DNA of 64,000 nucleotides from Escherichia coli (GTDB lineage Bacteria; Pseudomonadota; Gammaproteobacteria; Enterobacterales; Enterobacteriaceae): NCBI RefSeq assembly GCF_965641715.1, contig NZ_OZ282453.1; one strand, 5' to 3'. Shown piece by piece: positions 37,079 to 48,212 of this stretch (position 1 is its first letter; each line of letters starts with the position of its first letter). The notes under the pieces were generated by a model. It saw only the letters and a program-made list of their open reading frames with translations, ran no database searches and was not told where the DNA came from. The position numbers and the translations under genes were made by a program.

Positions 37079-38158
37079 ATGCAAACACTTGCCGATTTAC
37101 TGAATACGATCCCTGCTATCGATCCTGCCGCTATGTCGCGTGCACAACGGCATATTGACGGGTTACTCAAACCTGTTGGTAGCCTGGGAAGGCTGGAGGC
37201 GCTTGCCATACAACTGGCAGGAATGCCGGGGTTGAATGGCATACCGCATGTGGGCAAAAAAGCGGTACTGGTTATGTGTGCCGATCACGGCGTCTGGGAG
37301 GAAGGGGTCGCTATTTCCCCAAAAGAAGTGACAGCCATTCAGGCTGAAAATATGACCCGCGGAACAACCGGCGTGTGTGTGCTGGCAGCACAAGCGGGCG
37401 CTAACGTCCACGTAATTGATGTTGGTATTGATACTGCTGAGCCTATCCCCGGGCTTATCAACATGCGTGTCGCACGAGGTAGCGGCAATATTGCTTCAGC
37501 TCCGGCAATGAGTCGCCGTCAGGCTGAAAAGTTGCTTTTGGACGTCATATGTTATACGCGGGAGCTGGCAAAAAATGGTGTCACGCTGTTTGGTGTAGGT
37601 GAACTGGGGATGGCAAACACGACACCGGCAGCAGCAATAGTCAGCACAATCACTGGCCGGGATCCTGAAGAAGTGGTTGGGATTGGCGCAAACCTGCCGA
37701 CAGATAAACTGGCTAATAAAATTGATGTTGTGCGCCGGGCGATTACGTTGAATCAACCAAATCCGCAGGATGGCGTTGATGTTCTGGCAAAAGTGGGTGG
37801 ATTTGATTTGGTCGGAATGGCTGGCGTGATGTTAGGCGCTGCTTCCTGCGGTTTACCCGTGTTGCTGGATGGATTTCTTTCTTATGCTGCTGCGCTCGCA
37901 GCCTGCCAGATGTCTCCTGCAATGAAACCGTATCTCATTCCTTCTCACCTGTCGGCAGAAAAAGGGGCGCGTATAGCGCTGTCGCATTTGGGGCTGGAGC
38001 CTTATCTCAATATGGAGATGCGTTTAGGTGAGGGGAGTGGCGCAGCTCTGGCGATGCCCATCATCGAAGCTGCCTGTGCGATATACAACAACATGGGCGA
38101 ACTTGCTGCCAGTAATATTGTTCTACCGGGGAATATGACTTCTGATTTGAACAGTTAA
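37079..38158 (+). CDS. cobT: nicotinate-nucleotide--dimethylbenzimidazole phosphoribosyltransferase
   Basis: 359-aa ORF matching CobT as recalled. Confidence 0.95.
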   Translation: MQTLADLLNTIPAIDPAAMSRAQRHIDGLLKPVGSLGRLEALAIQLAGMPGLNGIPHVGKKAVLVMCADHGVWEEGVAISPKEVTAIQAENMTRGTTGVCVLAAQAGANVHVIDVGIDTAEPIPGLINMRVARGSGNIASAPAMSRRQAEKLLLDVICYTRELAKNGVTLFGVGELGMANTTPAAAIVSTITGRDPEEVVGIGANLPTDKLANKIDVVRRAITLNQPNPQDGVDVLAKVGGFDLVGMAGVMLGAASCGLPVLLDGFLSYAAALAACQMSPAMKPYLIPSHLSAEKGARIALSHLGLEPYLNMEMRLGEGSGAALAMPIIEAACAIYNNMGELAASNIVLPGNMTSDLNS

Positions 38159-38222
38159 AAACGAAAAGTCTGATAAAAGCTATACTTAACGGATAGCTTT
38201 CGCGACATAGGAAAGGGACATG

Positions 38223-39155
38223 ATGCGTCGTGTAAATATTCTTTGCTCATTTGCTCTGCTTTTTGCCAGCCATACTAGCCTGGCGGTAACTTATCCATTA
38301 CCTCCAGAGGGTAGCCGTTTAGTGGGGCAGTCGTTTACTGTAACTGTTCCTGATCACAATACCCAGCCGCTGGAGACTTTTGCCGCACAATACGGGCAAG
38401 GGTTAAGTAACATGCTTGAAGCGAACCCGGGCGCTGATGTTTTTTTGCCGAAGTCTGGCTCGCAACTCACCATTCCGCAGCAACTGATTTTGCCCGCCAC
38501 TGTTCGTAAAGGGATTGTGGTTAACGTCGCTGAGATGCGTCTTTATTACTACCCGCCAGACAGTAATACTGTAGAAGTCTTTCCTATTGGAATCGGTCAG
38601 GCCGGGCGAGAAACCCCGCGTAACTGGGTGACTACCGTTGAACGTAAACAAGAAGCTCCAACCTGGACGCCAACGCCGAACACTCGGCGCGAATATGCGA
38701 AACGAGGGGAGAGTTTGCCCGCATTTGTTCCTGCGGGTCCCGATAATCCCATGGGGCTGTACGCGATTTATATTGGCAGGTTGTATGCCATCCACGGTAC
38801 CAATGCCAATTTTGGTATTGGGCTCCGGGTAAGTCAGGGCTGTATTCGTCTGCGCAATGACGATATCAAATATCTGTTTGATAATGTTCCTGTTGGGACG
38901 CGTGTGCAAATTATCGACCAGCCAGTAAAATACACAACGGAACCGGATGGATCAAAGTGGCTGGAAGTTCATGAGCCGCTGTCGCGCAATCGTGCAGAAT
39001 ATGAGTCTGACCGAAAAGTGCCATTGCCGGTAACCCCATCTTTGCGGGCGTTTATCAACGGGCAAGAAGTTGATGTAAATCGCGCAAATGCTGCGTTGCA
39101 ACGTCGATCGGGAATGCCTGTGCAAATTAGTTCTGGTTCAAGACAGATGTTTTAA
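38223..39155 (+). CDS. ldtA: L,D-transpeptidase LdtA (ErfK)
   Basis: 310 codons with signal peptide and YkuD domain (catalytic region [20 protein letters not shown]); tandem ATGs at 38220 and 38223. Confidence 0.92.
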   Translation: MRRVNILCSFALLFASHTSLAVTYPLPPEGSRLVGQSFTVTVPDHNTQPLETFAAQYGQGLSNMLEANPGADVFLPKSGSQLTIPQQLILPATVRKGIVVNVAEMRLYYYPPDSNTVEVFPIGIGQAGRETPRNWVTTVERKQEAPTWTPTPNTRREYAKRGESLPAFVPAGPDNPMGLYAIYIGRLYAIHGTNANFGIGLRVSQGCIRLRNDDIKYLFDNVPVGTRVQIIDQPVKYTTEPDGSKWLEVHEPLSRNRAEYESDRKVPLPVTPSLRAFINGQEVDVNRANAALQRRSGMPVQISSGSRQMF

Positions 39156-39180
39156 GAGCTTTGGTAATTAGAAAGCAAAA

Positions 39181-39206
39181 AGCCTGCTAGAAAGCAGGCT
39201 TTTTTG
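39181..39206 (+). terminator. rho-independent terminator after ldtA
   Basis: AGCCTGCT-AGAA-AGCAGGCT followed by TTTTT. Confidence 0.75.
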
Positions 39207-39210
39207 AATT

Positions 39211-39286
39211 TGGCTCCTCTGACTGGACTCGAACCAGTGACATACGGATTAACAGTCCGCCGTTCTACCGACTGAACTACAGAGGA
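39211..39286 (-). tRNA. asnV: tRNA-Asn (GUU)
   Basis: 76-nt reverse complement TCCTCTGTAGTTCAGTCGGTAGAACGGCGGACTGTTAATCCGTATGTCACTGGTTCGAGTCCAGTCAGAGGAGCCA with anticodon GTT; copy name assigned by synteny. Confidence 0.95.
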
Positions 39287-39540
39287 ATCGTGTGAACGGG
39301 GCGCATATTAATGGCAGTGCATGGTGATGTCAAAGGGTGAAATGCATTTTTTTGTTTGTTTGCTGTCAATTTCAACAAAGTGGTGAGCTTTCAATCTTTT
39401 TGGTTATGAACCATCGTGGTGCATACCCTCCTTTTATAGGGCAGGGGAACGCGACTGCTGGTGAAAAGAGCCAATGACGAATCTATCATAATCTCTTATT
39501 TGACAGTTGGTTAGCTTGTACATCAACGCCAAAATAAAAC

Positions 39541-39556
39541 TGGCAAGCATCTTGCA
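39541..39556 (+). promoter_or_regulatory. candidate sigma-54 (-24/-12) promoter of nac
   Basis: TGGCAAGCATCTTGCA fits the TGGCAC-N5-TTGCA element ~55 nt upstream of the nac ATG; nac is a known NtrC/sigma-54-dependent gene. Confidence 0.7.
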
Positions 39557-39611
39557 GTCTGGTTGTAAGTAATGGCGGCACTTGGGCCGATTCTCAAAAA
39601 CCGGAGGCAAC

Positions 39612-40529
39612 ATGAACTTCAGACGCCTGAAATACTTCGTAAAAATTGTAGATATTGGTAGCCTGACCCAGGCTGCTGAAGTATTGCATATCGCACAACC
39701 AGCGCTCAGCCAGCAGGTTGCCACACTGGAAGGTGAGTTAAATCAACAACTTTTGATTCGCACAAAACGGGGCGTTACGCCAACTGACGCCGGAAAAATT
39801 CTCTATACCCATGCGCGGGCCATTTTACGTCAGTGTGAGCAGGCCCAACTGGCGGTGCATAACGTTGGTCAGGCATTATCGGGGCAAGTCTCGATTGGCT
39901 TTGCGCCAGGAACCGCTGCGTCATCCATCACCATGCCCTTATTACAAGCGGTTCGCGCTGAATTCCCGGAGATCGTTATCTATCTTCATGAAAATAGCGG
40001 TGCAGTGCTTAACGAAAAACTGATAAATCACCAACTCGATATGGCGGTGATTTATGAGCATTCCCCTGTGGCTGGTGTATCCAGTCAGGCATTGCTGAAA
40101 GAAGATCTTTTCCTGGTAGGAACTCAAGATTGCCCGGGGCAAAGCGTTGATGTTAATGCTATTGCACAAATGAACCTTTTTCTCCCCAGTGATTACAGCG
40201 CTGTTAGACTTCGTGTTGATGAGGCGTTTTCCCTACGGCGGCTCACGGCAAAAGTCATTGGTGAAATTGAGTCTATTGCCACGCTTACCGCAGCGATTGC
40301 CAGCGGCATGGGCGTTGCAGTATTACCCGAATCGGCCGCGCGTTCGTTATGTGGCGCAGTAAATGGGTGGATGTCACGCATTACCACGCCTTCCATGAGT
40401 CTCTCTTTGTCATTAAATTTACCCGCCAGAGCGAACTTATCGCCACAGGCACAGGCAGTGAAAGAGTTGTTAATGTCAGTGATTAGTTCTCCAGTGATGG
40501 AAAAAAGGCAGTGGCAATTGGTGAGCTAA
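39612..40529 (+). CDS. nac: nitrogen assimilation control protein Nac (LysR family)
   Basis: 305 codons from MNFRRLKYFVKIVDIGSLTQAAEVLHIAQPALSQQ; ORF track begins 10 codons upstream. Confidence 0.93.
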   Translation: MNFRRLKYFVKIVDIGSLTQAAEVLHIAQPALSQQVATLEGELNQQLLIRTKRGVTPTDAGKILYTHARAILRQCEQAQLAVHNVGQALSGQVSIGFAPGTAASSITMPLLQAVRAEFPEIVIYLHENSGAVLNEKLINHQLDMAVIYEHSPVAGVSSQALLKEDLFLVGTQDCPGQSVDVNAIAQMNLFLPSDYSAVRLRVDEAFSLRRLTAKVIGEIESIATLTAAIASGMGVAVLPESAARSLCGAVNGWMSRITTPSMSLSLSLNLPARANLSPQAQAVKELLMSVISSPVMEKRQWQLVS

Positions 40530-40630
40530 GCGTTATATCGGGATGGAATAAGATGCGGGTTTTTATTATTTGTTATGCCGGGCGTTAGACTTTAACAATA
40601 ACGGGATATCTGAACTGCCCGGAGTTTACC

Positions 40631-41581
40631 GTGAATTTCCAACAACTAAAGATAATCCGCGAAGCTGCACGTCAGGATTACAACCTGACAGAGGTTGCGA
40701 ATATGCTTTTTACCTCACAGTCAGGCGTCAGCCGTCATATTCGGGAACTGGAGGATGAACTTGGCATCGAAATATTTGTTCGACGAGGTAAGCGATTGCT
40801 GGGCATGACTGAACCGGGCAAAGCATTACTGGTCATTGCAGAACGTATTCTCAATGAAGCCAGTAATGTTCGTCGGCTTGCAGACCTGTTTACCAACGAT
40901 ACGTCTGGCGTTCTCACTATTGCAACGACGCATACTCAGGCACGTTATAGCTTGCCAGAGGTCATTAAAGCTTTTCGCGAACTTTTCCCGGAGGTTCGGC
41001 TCGAGCTAATCCAGGGGACGCCACAGGAAATTGCGACGTTGTTGCATAATGGTGAAGCTGATATTGGTATCGCCAGCGAGCGTTTGAGTAATGACCCGCA
41101 GCTCGTCGCCTTCCCGTGGTTTCGTTGGCACCATAGTTTGCTTGTTCCACTCGATCATCCCTTGACGCAAATTACACCATTGACGCTGGAATCAATAGCG
41201 AAGTGGCCGTTAATCACTTACCGACAGGGGATTACGGGGCGCTCACGTATTGATGACGCATTTGCCCGCAAAGGTTTGCTGGCAGATATTGTATTAAGTG
41301 CGCAGGATTCTGATGTCATTAAAACCTATGTTGCTCTTGGGCTTGGGATCGGAATAGTTGCCGAACAATCCAGCGGTGAACAAGAGGAAAAGAATTTAAT
41401 CCGCCTGGATACGCGGCATCTTTTTGATGCTAATACTGTCTGGTTGGGACTGAAGCGAGGACAACTTCAGCGTAACTATGTCTGGCGCTTTCTGGAACTT
41501 TGTAATGCAGGACTTTCAGTTGAGGATATCAAGCGGCAGGTGATGGAAAACAGTGAAGAGGAAATTGATTATCAGATATAG
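40631..41581 (+). CDS. cbl: LysR-family regulator Cbl (sulfonate/sulfur utilization)
   Basis: 316-aa ORF (MNFQQLKIIREAARQDYNLTEVANMLFTSQSGVSRHIRELE...); GTG start with GGAG 6 nt upstream. Confidence 0.93.
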   Translation: MNFQQLKIIREAARQDYNLTEVANMLFTSQSGVSRHIRELEDELGIEIFVRRGKRLLGMTEPGKALLVIAERILNEASNVRRLADLFTNDTSGVLTIATTHTQARYSLPEVIKAFRELFPEVRLELIQGTPQEIATLLHNGEADIGIASERLSNDPQLVAFPWFRWHHSLLVPLDHPLTQITPLTLESIAKWPLITYRQGITGRSRIDDAFARKGLLADIVLSAQDSDVIKTYVALGLGIGIVAEQSSGEQEEKNLIRLDTRHLFDANTVWLGLKRGQLQRNYVWRFLELCNAGLSVEDIKRQVMENSEEEIDYQI

Positions 41582-41586
41582 CAAAA

Positions 41587-41610
41587 AGCCCGCTATAAAA
41601 GCGGGCTTTT
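41587..41610 (+). terminator. hairpin terminator after cbl
   Basis: AGCCCGC-TATAAAA-GCGGGCT followed by TTTT. Confidence 0.65.
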
Positions 41611-41618
41611 CAGAAATT

Positions 41619-41694
41619 TGGCTCCTCTGACTGGACTCGAACCAGTGACATACGGATTAACAGTCCGCCGTTCTACCGACTGAACTACAGAGGA
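41619..41694 (-). tRNA. asnU: tRNA-Asn (GUU)
   Basis: Identical 76-nt tRNA-Asn sequence on the minus strand; copy name assigned by synteny. Confidence 0.95.
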
Positions 41695-41854
41695 ATCGCT
41701 GTTGAGGCACATCTTAACGGCGAAAAATCTTTTGTCAAACCCGATTTTTAAATTCCCCAACTGTTTGCCGTTTCTATCAACAGTTTGTTGCATTTGCAGA
41801 CAATTTGTTGGCGAAAATCTTTGCAGCTTTGCTGATTCTCCCTCATTATTTGAA

Positions 41855-43342
41855 ATGTGGTTTCACTTTCTGCAATTAAGGTCGGCTTTGAATATCTCCT
41901 CTGCTTTACGCCAGGTTGTTCACGGCACTCGCTGGCACGCTAAACGCAAGAGCTACAAAGTGTTGTTCTGGCGCGAGATAACCCCGCTTGCTGTTCCTAT
42001 CTTCATGGAGAATGCCTGTGTCCTGTTGATGGGGGTTCTGAGCACTTTTCTGGTCAGCTGGCTGGGAAAAGATGCGATGGCCGGCGTGGGATTGGCGGAC
42101 AGCTTCAATATGGTCATTATGGCTTTTTTTGCTGCTATCGATCTTGGTACTACTGTCGTTGTGGCATTTAGTCTCGGTAAGCGGGATCGACGACGAGCGA
42201 GGGTGGCGACGCGGCAGTCATTGGTGATCATGACGTTGTTTGCCGTACTGTTGGCAACGCTTATTCATCATTTTGGCGAGCAAATTATTGATTTCGTCGC
42301 GGGTGATGCCACGACAGAAGTTAAAGCACTGGCGTTGACTTATCTGGAGCTGACGGTACTCAGTTATCCAGCAGCTGCCATCACTCTAATTGGTAGCGGG
42401 GCACTTCGTGGTGCAGGGAATACGAAAATACCGCTACTGATTAACGGTAGCCTGAATATTCTTAATATTATTATTAGCGGCATATTGATTTACGGCCTTT
42501 TCTCCTGGCCGGGACTGGGATTTGTCGGGGCTGGGTTGGGTTTAACCATTTCTCGTTATATTGGCGCAGTTGCAATTTTGTGGGTGCTGGCGATTGGTTT
42601 TAATCCTGCGTTAAGGATTTCGTTAAAGAGCTATTTTAAACCGCTGAATTTTAGCATTATCTGGGAAGTCATGGGGATTGGTATTCCAGCGAGTGTCGAA
42701 TCAGTGTTATTTACCAGTGGTCGATTATTAACCCAAATGTTCGTTGCCGGGATGGGGACCAGTGTTATTGCCGGAAATTTTATCGCGTTTTCAATTGCGG
42801 CTCTTATCAACTTACCCGGAAGTGCGCTCGGCTCTGCTTCTACGATCATTACAGGCCGAAGGTTGGGAGTAGGGCAGATAGCTCAAGCAGAGATTCAGTT
42901 GCGGCATGTGTTCTGGCTGTCTACTCTTGGATTAACGGCCATCGCCTGGCTAACGGCTCCCTTTGCCGGGCTTATGGCATCGTTTTACACCCAGGATCCA
43001 CAGGTTAAACATGTCGTTGTGATTCTGATTTGGCTAAATGCTTTATTTATGCCTATTTGGTCCGCCTCATGGGTGCTACCCGCTGGATTTAAAGGTGCTC
43101 GTGACGCCCGTTACGCTATGTGGGTTTCTATGTTGAGCATGTGGGGTTGCCGGGTTGTAGTCGGTTATGTGCTGGGAATCATGCTTGGCTGGGGTGTGGT
43201 TGGTGTCTGGATGGGAATGTTTGCCGACTGGGCTGTGCGGGCCGTGCTGTTTTACTGGCGAATGGTTACTGGACGTTGGCTATGGAAATACCCTCGATCC
43301 GAGCCGCAAAAGTGTGAAAAAAAGCCAGCTGTGTCGGAATAA
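41855..43342 (+). CDS. yeeO: MATE-family efflux transporter YeeO
   Basis: 12-TM MATE-like protein; called from the first ATG (MWFHFLQLRS...), 495 codons; the ORF track extends 51 codons upstream from a TTG that abuts the tRNA, which looks unlikely. Confidence 0.85.
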   Translation: MWFHFLQLRSALNISSALRQVVHGTRWHAKRKSYKVLFWREITPLAVPIFMENACVLLMGVLSTFLVSWLGKDAMAGVGLADSFNMVIMAFFAAIDLGTTVVVAFSLGKRDRRRARVATRQSLVIMTLFAVLLATLIHHFGEQIIDFVAGDATTEVKALALTYLELTVLSYPAAAITLIGSGALRGAGNTKIPLLINGSLNILNIIISGILIYGLFSWPGLGFVGAGLGLTISRYIGAVAILWVLAIGFNPALRISLKSYFKPLNFSIIWEVMGIGIPASVESVLFTSGRLLTQMFVAGMGTSVIAGNFIAFSIAALINLPGSALGSASTIITGRRLGVGQIAQAEIQLRHVFWLSTLGLTAIAWLTAPFAGLMASFYTQDPQVKHVVVILIWLNALFMPIWSASWVLPAGFKGARDARYAMWVSMLSMWGCRVVVGYVLGIMLGWGVVGVWMGMFADWAVRAVLFYWRMVTGRWLWKYPRSEPQKCEKKPAVSE

Positions 43343-43442
43343 ACGACAAAATGCAGATTATTTCAGCAAACGATTTCAAATTTAAATAACAGGCTTTGAC
43401 ATTGTGGGTGGGCATCGCTAATATTCGCCTCGTTCTCACGAT

Positions 43443-43518
43443 TCCTCTGTAGTTCAGTCGGTAGAACGGCGGACTGTTAATCCGTATGTCACTGGTTCGA
43501 GTCCAGTCAGAGGAGCCA
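43443..43518 (+). tRNA. asnW: tRNA-Asn (GUU)
   Basis: Identical 76-nt tRNA-Asn sequence on the plus strand; copy name assigned by synteny. Confidence 0.95.
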
Positions 43519-43581
43519 AATTTTAGTTTTGAGACATCTCTATGAGTCTCAAGGCAGTTAAAAAATAAAAATTATTTTTAC

Positions 43582-43615
43582 CCGGCCACTTTGTAAAAAA
43601 GTGGCCGGTTTTTTT
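43582..43615 (+). terminator. rho-independent terminator downstream of tRNA-Asn
   Basis: CCGGCCACT-loop-AGTGGCCGG followed by TTTTTTT. Confidence 0.8.
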
Positions 43616-43966
43616 GATTTCTGTGTTTCGTGCGCTTAATTGAGTCTCACGCTTCAGTGAGCAAATTGCCCTCCCCAACAGACATCACGATTCGCAAGGT
43701 CAAAATCTCTGTTCCATGAAGTACCGTACAAAGATAAAGAGAACAATGCCTTATGCGGGATGTTGCTGTCGTGTCTTTATCGGGAAACTATACGTAATTA
43801 CCACTTGCCTTCTGTAATCAGAAAAAGAAGACCTGGAATTTTAATAAATATTATTTCTTTGGGGGGATTTTTATAATCAATATGACGAGTTGAATATTAT
43901 ATTTTTTATAAGAATTATATGAGGTTAAAGAAATCTGCCGTAAAGACAGATTTCTTTAAAATATAA

Positions 43967-44683
43967 TTAGAGATTTGCGACGTTATGATAAACTTTTTGT
44001 ACATCGTCGTCATCTTCAAGGGCATCAACAAGCCCTTCAAAGATTTCTAAATCTTCTGGGGAAAGCTCAACTTCTGATTGAGCAATCATTTCTAATTCTG
44101 TTGTTGAGAACTCAGTGATTCCAGCTGCTTTTAGAGCCGCGATTCCTTTATGAAGGTCAGTAGGTTCAGTATAAATAACAATGTTACCTTCTTCTTCAGT
44201 CACATCACGAACATCAACTTCAGCTTCAAGTAAAATTTCAAAAATATGGTCAGGGTCTGTTCCTTTAAATACAATCACACCCGTATTGTCAAACATATAG
44301 CTGACAGAACCTGCCGCTCCGATATTGCCGCCTTTTTTATTGAAAATTGTGCGAACGTTAGCAATCGTACGGTTAACATTTGAAGTCAATGTCTCGGCGA
44401 TAATCATTGAGCCATTAGGACCAAAGCCTTCATAACGTCCCTGCACGAACGTTTCATCTCCGCCGCCTTTGGCTTTATCAATTGCTTTATCAATAACGTG
44501 CTTTGGAACTTGTGCCTGCTTTGCACGTTCAATAACGAATTTTAAAGATGTGTTTAATTCTGGATCGGGTTCACCTTGTTTAGCAGCAGCATAGATTTCT
44601 ACACCGAATTTTGCATAAATTTTAGACGTTGCACCGTCTTTAGCCGTTTTTTTAGCAACAATATTGGCCCATTTACGTCCCAC
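43967..44683 (-). CDS. yeeN: YebC/PmpR-family transcriptional regulator YeeN
   Basis: 238-aa ORF with the conserved N-terminus [27 protein letters not shown] of the YebC family; AT-rich. Confidence 0.9.
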
Positions 44684-45025
44684 TGGAATGATCTCCTCGA
44701 AAATTTATTTACATTACTGGTAAATCGTTAACATGTGTTAATTCGGCATATTATATCATAACAGGAAAAATCTCGTCTATTAGAAATAAAAATATTCTAA
44801 AGCCATAATCTTATATTTAATTTTATAAAAACTTATATTGTTGGCGGGATTTTTTATAATTGTGTTTTGAAAGCATACTTGCTTTTAATATGTGGAAATC
44901 ATTAAGACGATAATAAAACTCGTATCCGCCCAAGGAAGCAAACAGCCCGCGTTTATTGCGGGCTATTTGCCAGATGTCTTACTTAATCCTTCACATCTAT
45001 TTTTGATAAGAAGGTTCAGAACTTA

Positions 45026-46480
45026 TTATCGGAACGGCGGCTCATTAAAGGTTCGTAATTTACGTGAATGCAGTCGGTCGCCTTCTGCGCGCAGCAAATC
45101 GATCGCCCGAATGCCAATTTGTAGATGTTCGGAAATAGCGCCTTCATAAAAACGGTTAGCCTGACCGGGAAGTTTAATCTCGCCATGCAACGGTTTATCT
45201 GAAACACACAGTAGTGTCCCGTATGGCACGCGGAAACGATATCCTTGCGCGGCAATGGTTGCACTTTCCATATCAATTGCTACGGCCCGGCTTAAGTTAA
45301 AACGAAGTGCAGAAGCTGAGTAACGTAATTCCCAGTTCCTGTCATCTGTGGTTACCACAGTGCCAGTACGTAGCCGCTGTTTGACTTCCTCACCGGGCCT
45401 GCCGCTCACCAGCTTGGTGGCGTCATAAAGCGCACGTTGCACTTCAGCAATGCTTGGAATAGGAATATCGGGCGGCAGAACCGCATCAAGAACGTGGTCA
45501 TCGCGTAAATAAGCGTGTGCAAGTACATAATCGCCAATGGCCTGACTTTCACGTAATCCGCCACAGTGACCAATCATCAACCAGACATCCGGGCGTAGCA
45601 CTGCCAGATGATCGCAGATGGTTTTAGCATTTGACGGTCCCACGCCAATATTCACCAGAGTAATACCCTGACCATCGGCGGTAATTAAATGCCACGCGGG
45701 CATCTGGTGTTTTTTCCATGCAAGGTCGGAAATGGCTTCTTCTGGCGCTTCGGTTTCGGCGGTGATCCAGTTCCCGCCAGCACATGAAAGGGCAATGTAG
45801 GGACTATCAGGATCGAGGATCTGGCTGCATCCCCAACGAACGAATTCATCCACATAACGTGTGTAGTTGGTAAACAAGACGAACGGCTGAAAATGTTCAA
45901 CTGGCGTACCGGTATAATGGCGCAACCGTGCGAGGGAAAAATCGACGCGGCGCGCATCAAAATGCGATAGCGGGGAGAATTCAGTTGGATGATAAATGCC
46001 GTCTGCAGTTTCATCGCCAATTTGCGCCAGTTCTGTTGTCGGGAAGTAGCGAGTTAACCCAGCGCTCATTGAGCGATCAAGTGTCAATTCAGAGCCATCG
46101 ATGACATAAGGATAAGGGATTTCATGCTGCGAGGGTTGCACCGAGATATGCGCACCATAATCCTGATACAGCAACGTAAGTTGTTCATTGAGATACGAAC
46201 GAAAGAGAGTAGGGCGAGTAATCGTGGTGGTGTAGCTGCCTGCGTGAGTAAAACGACCAAATGCGCGCGTTTTAGGGGGATTGGTTGTGCTACCGTCCCA
46301 GGTTACGGTCAGTGATGGATAGACAAAAAGACCTTGTTTGCGGGCGTTTTCATCAGGTAATTCGCCACTTGTAATATAGTTGCCAATGGCGTTGCGTAAT
46401 GCGACTACAGATTGCTCATACAGCGCGTCGAGTTTATCCAGTGCCTGAGCTGGGGTCAGACCGGAGCCCTTATTATTCAT
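45026..46480 (-). CDS. amn: AMP nucleosidase
   Basis: 484 codons from MNNKGSGLTPAQALDKLDALYEQ; ORF track begins 52 codons upstream. Confidence 0.93.
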   Translation of the reverse strand: MNNKGSGLTPAQALDKLDALYEQSVVALRNAIGNYITSGELPDENARKQGLFVYPSLTVTWDGSTTNPPKTRAFGRFTHAGSYTTTITRPTLFRSYLNEQLTLLYQDYGAHISVQPSQHEIPYPYVIDGSELTLDRSMSAGLTRYFPTTELAQIGDETADGIYHPTEFSPLSHFDARRVDFSLARLRHYTGTPVEHFQPFVLFTNYTRYVDEFVRWGCSQILDPDSPYIALSCAGGNWITAETEAPEEAISDLAWKKHQMPAWHLITADGQGITLVNIGVGPSNAKTICDHLAVLRPDVWLMIGHCGGLRESQAIGDYVLAHAYLRDDHVLDAVLPPDIPIPSIAEVQRALYDATKLVSGRPGEEVKQRLRTGTVVTTDDRNWELRYSASALRFNLSRAVAIDMESATIAAQGYRFRVPYGTLLCVSDKPLHGEIKLPGQANRFYEGAISEHLQIGIRAIDLLRAEGDRLHSRKLRTFNEPPFR

Positions 46481-46581
46481 GTGTGTCTCCTGTTCCATAC
46501 AATTACCGCACATCCGATAGTATGTCACAGAAATGTGAAACAAAAGTGTAAGGCGAAGATCGGATGATCTTCGCCAGGCTA

Positions 46582-47898
46582 TCAAGCGCGTTGATTGTCT
46601 TTCATCAACAAAGCGGTTATTGCGGAAATCAGGCATCCAGCCAGCAAATAAATGGCGACGCTATGCCAGTTCCCGGCAAAGTAAGTGATGAGTGCAGCGG
46701 CAATAAAAGGTGTAAATCCTCCGCCAACCACACTGGCAACCTGATAACCGACTCCAGCGCCACTATAGCGATAACTGGCACCAAACATTTCGGTAAACAT
46801 CGGTTGTTGCACACACACCACCATGTCATGCGCAATGTTTGCCAGCATTATGGAGAAGAAAACTATCCAGAAAATAGATTGTGCTTCAAGCGCCATAAAG
46901 AAAGGAAATGCGCTCAACGTTCCGATTAACGCACCTGTGATATAAACCCTGCGGCGACCAAAACGATCGGCAAGCCAGGCAAAACAGGGAATTGTCAGGC
47001 AGCTTAATCCACCTACCAGCAAACCAATATTAAGGAAAAGTTCGCGCGGTAACCCCATATTCTGGGTTGAATAATTAAGTGCAAAGGCGGTAACGATGTA
47101 CATCGTCAGCAACTCGCACAGCCGTAGCGCAATAATCTTCAGGAAAGCACCGGGATGTCGTAATAGCGCTTCGATAACCGGGATGCGTTTTTTCGCGGCA
47201 GCTTGATTATGTTGCTGTTGTTCAAATTCCGCGGACTCTTCCATGCCATTGCGCACCCACAATGCTCCCAGTACCAGTACGATGCTAAACAGGAAAGGAA
47301 TGCGCCAGCCCCAGCTTAAAAACTGTTCGTCAGTCGTCATCATACTGATCAATGAAACCAGTCCGGTTGAAAGCAGTAAACCTACACCGTAGCCAACTTG
47401 TACACCGCTACTGTAAAAGGCTTTTTTATTTTTCGGTGCACTTTCAACGGAAAGCAACGCCGCGCCTCCCCATTCGCCGCCGACGGCAAATCCCTGAATG
47501 GCACGCAGCGTCACCAGTAAAATAGGTGCCCACCACCCAATGGTCGAGAATGAAGGAAGAATACCAATCAAGGCTGTCGCGATGCCCATCATCCAGACGG
47601 TCAGCATTAACATGCGCTTACGTCCCAGTCGGTCGCCAAAGTGACCGAAAATGACACCGCCGAGCGGACGGAAAAGGAATCCGACGCCAAAGGTGGCAAA
47701 TGCGGCGAGCGTTCCCATAGCCGGGCTTACTTGCGGGAAAAACTCGCGATTAAACACCAGTGCGGCGGTAATGCCATAGAGTAAAAAATCATACCAGTCG
47801 ACGACGGCACCAGCGAAACTGCCTAACGCAGCTCGTCGGGCGCGACTTAACGAAACCGTCCTTTCATCGGGACGAGTGGAGATGAGCGTGGAGTCCAT
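46582..47898 (-). CDS. shiA: shikimate:H+ symporter (MFS)
   Basis: 438-aa MFS transporter matching ShiA as recalled (MDSTLISTRPDERTVSLSRARRAALGSFAG...). Confidence 0.93.
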   Translation of the reverse strand: MDSTLISTRPDERTVSLSRARRAALGSFAGAVVDWYDFLLYGITAALVFNREFFPQVSPAMGTLAAFATFGVGFLFRPLGGVIFGHFGDRLGRKRMLMLTVWMMGIATALIGILPSFSTIGWWAPILLVTLRAIQGFAVGGEWGGAALLSVESAPKNKKAFYSSGVQVGYGVGLLLSTGLVSLISMMTTDEQFLSWGWRIPFLFSIVLVLGALWVRNGMEESAEFEQQQHNQAAAKKRIPVIEALLRHPGAFLKIIALRLCELLTMYIVTAFALNYSTQNMGLPRELFLNIGLLVGGLSCLTIPCFAWLADRFGRRRVYITGALIGTLSAFPFFMALEAQSIFWIVFFSIMLANIAHDMVVCVQQPMFTEMFGASYRYSGAGVGYQVASVVGGGFTPFIAAALITYFAGNWHSVAIYLLAGCLISAITALLMKDNQRA

Positions 47899-48212
47899 AA
47901 TGATCCTGTTTGTACTGTCTTTTTATAATTAGTATGGAAAAGGTAACTCACATTGCCGTCGATCTATAAACGAACCTTATGAGACTACCTCGACAGAGCG
48001 CATCTGCAAATGATTTTATGGCTGATGAGCAGCAACATGAAAAATTCGCTGGAAGATGAAAGCGCAGGAGTTGCTGGTGTTGTTTAAGGATTAAGCAGAG
48101 GCCCCACAGGTTCGAGATATGAAACATAAAAGTCCGCATATGCACAAAATTGCACCCTGATGATTCTGATAGACTGCATTGCATTATAACCAGTAGGGAG
48201 GCGAGGTTAGTT

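Noticed and set aside
46564..46929. 121-codon plus-strand ORF overlapping shiA and the amn-shiA spacer
   Set aside because: Antisense to shiA, no ribosome-binding site; considered spurious.
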